Both the position numbers and the translations under genes were made by a program. The notes beneath the pieces are model-generated. The model had not been told where the DNA came from and did not search any database. It saw only the letters and a list, made by a program, of their open reading frames with translations. Below are positions 60,086 through 64,000 of a stretch of DNA of 64,000 bases, piece after piece (within the stretch, counting starts at the first letter, position 1; the number at the start of each line of letters is the position of its first letter). The stretch comes from Mobula birostris (taxonomy: Eukaryota). Where the stretch lies: positions 16,871,629 to 16,935,628 of the forward strand of contig NC_092384.1 of NCBI RefSeq assembly GCF_030028105.1, given 5' to 3'.

Positions 60086-63000
60086 AGTTTAATAGAGCTG
60101 TTAGGGAGGGTTTAAACTAATTTGGCAGGGAGATGGGAACCGGAATGACAGAGCGGAGAAAGGGGAAAACAGAAATAAATTTAAGATAGTGAGCAGTAAA
60201 GGTGTCAGGAAAGACAGGCAGGTGATGGGACACATATGTAGCCATTGGGATGAGTTGCAGTGTAATAAAGTTGCAGTGAAATCAAAGCGAATAGTATCAA
60301 ATACTGGTTTTAAGGTGTTGTACTTAAAAGCACGCAGCATAAGGAATAAGGTGGATGATTCTGTCGTACAGCTACAGATTGTCAAGCATGATATTGTGGC
60401 CATCACTGAGACCTGGCTATCGGAAGGATAGGAAGGTAGGCAGAGGGGGGACGTGGCTTTATTAGTAGGAAATGATATTAAATCATTAGAAAGAGGTGAT
60501 ATAGGATCGGAAGGTGCAGAATCTTTATGGGTTGAGCTAAGAAATAGCAAGGGTGAAAGGACCCTGATGGCAGTTATTTATAGGCCTCCAAACAGCTGCA
60601 GGGATATGGACTACAAATTACAACAGGAAATAGAAAAGGCTTGTCAGAAGGGCAGTGTTATGATAATTGGGGGGGGGGGATTTTAACATGCGAGTGGACT
60701 GGGAAAATCTGGTCGGCACTGGATCTCAAGAGAGAGAATTTGTAGAATGTCTGCGAGATGGCTTTTTAGAACAGCTTGTTGTTGAGCCCATTAGGGGATC
60801 GGCTGTACTGGATTGGGTGTTGTGTAATGAACCGGAGGTGATTAGAGAGATTCAGGTGAAGGAATCCTTAGGAGGCAGTAATCATAACATGATTGAGTTC
60901 ACTGTGAAATTTGAAAAAGAGAAGCCGAAATCTGATGTGTCGGTATTTCAGTGGAGAAAAGGAAATTACAGTGGCGTGTGAGAGGAACTGGCCAAAGTTG
61001 AGTGTACACGGACACTGGCGGGAAAGACAGCAGAGCAGCAGTGACTGGAGTTTATGCGAGAAATGAGGAAGGTGCAAGACAGGTATTTTCCAAAAAAAGA
61101 AGAAACTTTCGAGTGGAAAAAGGATGCAACCGTGGTTGACACGAGAAATCAAAGCCAAAGTTAAAGCAAAGGAGACGGCATGCAAGGAAGCAAAAATTAG
61201 TGGGAAGACAGAGGATTGGGAAGTTTTTAAAACCTTACAAAAGGAAAACAAGAAGGTGATTAACAGGGAAAAGATTAACTATGAAAGGAATCTAGCAAAA
61301 TAATATCAAAGAGTATACTAAAAGCTTTTTGGAGTATATAAAAAGTAAAAGACAGGTGAGAGTAGATATAGGACCGATAGAAAATGATGCTGGAGAAATT
61401 GTAATGGGATAAGGAGATGGCAGAGGAACTGAACGAGTATTTTGCATCAGTCTTCACTGAGGAAGACATCAGCAGTATACCCGACACTCAAGGGTGGCAG
61501 GGAAGGGAAATGTGCGCAGTCACAATTACGGCAGAGAAAGTACTCAGGAAGCTGAATAGTCTAAAGGTAGACAAATCTACTGGACCAGGTGCAATGCACC
61601 CGCGTGTTCTGAAGGAAGTAGCTGTGGAGATTGCGGAGGTATTAGCGATGATCTTTCAAAAGTCAATAGATTCTGGCATGATTCCGGAGGACTGTAAGAT
61701 TGGAAACGTCACTCCGCTATTTAAGAAAGGTGCAAGGAAGCAAAAATGAAATGATAGATCTGTTAGATTGACATCGGTGGTTGGGAAGTTGTTGGAGTCA
61801 ATTGTCAAGGATGAGGTTACAGAGTAGCTGGAGGTATATGTCAAGATAGGCAGAACTCAGCATGGATTCCTTAACGGAAAATCCTGCCTCACAAACCTAT
61901 TACCATTTTTTGAGGAAATTACCAGTAGGCTCGACAAGGGAGATGTAATGAATGTTGTATATTTGGATTTTCAGAAGGCCTTTGACAAGGTGCTACACAT
62001 GAGGCTCCTTAACAAGATAAGAGCCCATGGAATTACGGGAAAGTTACATACATGGATAGAGCGCTGGCTGATTGGCAGGAAACACAGAGTGGGAATAAAG
62101 GGATCCTATTCTGGTTGGCTGCCGGTTACCAGTGGTGTTCCACAGGGGTCAGTGTTGGGGCCGCTTTTTTTTACATTGTACATCAACGATTTGGATAATG
62201 GAATAGATGGATTTGTGGCTAAGTTTGCTGACGATACGAAGATAGGTGGAGGGGCCGGTAGTGCTGAGGAAACGGAGAGTCTGCAGAGAGACTTGGATAG
62301 ATTGGAAGAATAGGCAGAGAAGTGGCAAATGAAGTGTAATGTTGGAAAGTGTATGGTTGTGCACATTGGCAGAAAATATAAACGGGCAGACTATTATTTA
62401 AATGGGGAAAGAACTCAAAGTTCTGAGATGCAACGGGACTTGGGAGTCCTCGTACAGGACACCCTTAAAGTTAACCTCCAGTTCGAGCCAGTAGTGAAGA
62501 AGGCGATTGCAATGTTGGCATTCATTTCTAGAGAAATAGAGTATAGGGGCAGGGATGTGATGCTGAGGCTCTATAAGGCGCTGGTGAGACCTCAGTTGTA
62601 GTACTGTGGGCAGTTTTGGGTTCCTTATTTAAGAAAGGATGTGCTGACGTTGGAGAGGGTACAGAGAAGATTCGCTAGAATGATTCCGAAAATGAGAGGG
62701 TTAACACATGAGGAACGTTTGTCCGCTTTTGGACTGTATTCCTTGGAGTTTAGAAGAATGAGGGGAGACCTCATAGAAGCATTTCGAATATTGGAAGGCA
62801 TGGACAGAGTGGAAGTGGCAAAGTTGTTTCCCATGATGGGGGATGCTAGTACGAGAGGGCATGACTTAAGGATTGAAGGGCGCCCATTCAGAACAGAAAT
62901 GTGAAGAAAGTTTTTTAGTCAGAGGGTGGTGAATCTATGGAATTTGTTGCCACGGGCAGCAGTGGAGGCCAAGTCATTGGGTGTATTTAAGGCAGAGATT

Positions 63001-63145
63001 GATAGGTATCTGAGTAGCCAGGGCATCAAAGGTTATGGTGAGAAGGCGGGGGAGTAAGACTAAAGGGGAGAATGGATCAGCTCATGATAAAATGGCGGAG
63101 CAGACTCGATGGGCCGAAGGGCAGTCTTCTGTCCTTTGTCTTATA
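60086..63145 (+). mobile_element. CR1 LINE, near-complete degenerate ORF2, nested in the Penelope tail
   Basis: [50 protein letters not shown]. Confidence 0.92.
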
Positions 63146-63194
63146 GATCTCCCCCTCCCCTCCCACTTCCAAATCTCTTACTACCTCTTCATTC

Positions 63195-63237
63195 AGTTAG
63201 TCTTGACGAAGGATCTGGGCCCGAAACGTCGACTGTA
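63195..63237 (+). ncRNA. Degenerate minimal type I hammerhead ribozyme motif in Penelope tail
   Basis: AGTC-TTGACGA-AGGATCTGGGCCC-GAAAC-GTC-GACT; core C3 is replaced by U; stem I AGUC/GACU. Confidence 0.45.
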
Positions 63238-63519
63238 CCTCTTCCGATAGATGCTGCCTGGCCTGCTGCGTTCATCAGCAATTTTTATCTGTGTTGCTTG
63301 AAATTCCAGCATATGCACGTTTCCTCGTGTTTTGATATTCTATTGCCGCCATCGTTCGAATACTTAGATATATACTCATTGGCTATTTTATAAGGTGCAC
63401 CTGCATACCTGCTCGTCAATGCAAGTATATTGTCAGACATATACAGTTTGTGGCAGCAAAGCAATGCATGATAGCATACAGTCATGGCTAAAAAGTACAG
63501 TTGTTGTTCGGACCAAACA

Positions 63520-64000
63520 TCATAGAAACATAGAAACATAGAAAATAGGTGCAGGAGTAGACCATTCGGCCCCTCGAACCTGCACCGCTATTCAGTACGA
63601 TCATGGCTGATCATCCAACTCAGAACCCTGTACCAGCCTTCCCCCCATAGCCCCGATCCCTTTAGCCACAAGGGCCATATCGAACTCCCTCTTAAATATA
63701 GCCAATGAACTGGCCTCAACTGTTTCCTGTGGCAGAGAGTTCCACAGATTCACCACTCTCTGCGTGAAGAAGTGTTTCCTAATCTCGGTCCTAAAAGGCT
63801 TCCCCTTTATCCTCAAACTGTGACCCCTCGTTCTGGACCTCCCCAACATCGGGAACAATCTTCCTGCATCTAGCCTATACAATTCCTTTAGGATTTTATA
63901 TGTTTCAATAACATCCCCCCTGAATCTTCTAAATCCCAACGAGTATAAGCCTAGTCGATCCAGTCTTTCATCATATGAAAGTCCTGCCATCCCAGGAATC
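63520..64000 (-). mobile_element. CR1 3' end with (CATAGAAA)n tail, runs off the window
   Basis: Reverse complement of 19680-20165; AGLSYDERLDRLGLYSL..RTRGHSLRI. Confidence 0.92.

Noticed and set aside
46780-64000. Search for a further receptor paralogue upstream of the intact gene
   Set aside because: No V, C1, TM or ITIM exon homologues were seen by eye; the region is dominated by TEs. A TBLASTN with the 309-aa protein would settle this.

Overview
Repeat-rich vertebrate genomic DNA, most likely a cartilaginous fish; this is inferred from abundant esterase-type CR1 LINEs, Penelope-like elements, Rex1/Babar and a V-SINE-like element, and cannot be confirmed without a search. There are no prokaryotic features. 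The unique content is a small minus-strand tandem cluster of non-rearranging Ig-superfamily receptor genes. (1) One complete six-exon gene (34278-43674) was assembled by hand from GT-AG sites with matching phases. It encodes a 309-aa leader-V-C1-TM-cytoplasmic protein with a very short germline V(J)-type domain, an uncharged TM segment and a C-terminal ITIM (IIYSQV). (2) A diverged paralogue at 1-1774 is a pseudogene, with a stop in V and an 11-bp deletion in C1. (3) A segmental duplicate (about 3320-20860, matching about 27040-46780) lost the whole ectodomain region but kept an orphan terminal exon (8103-8230). The two terminal exons lost complementary tyrosine motifs, which raises the possibility of alternative signalling tails on one ectodomain. 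Most of the remaining sequence is decayed or nested transposable elements: CR1, Penelope with hammerhead-like remnants, Rex1, BovB-like RTE, Tc1, a Chapaev-like transposase and a solo LTR with internal minisatellites. TE boundaries and all alignments are by-eye estimates.
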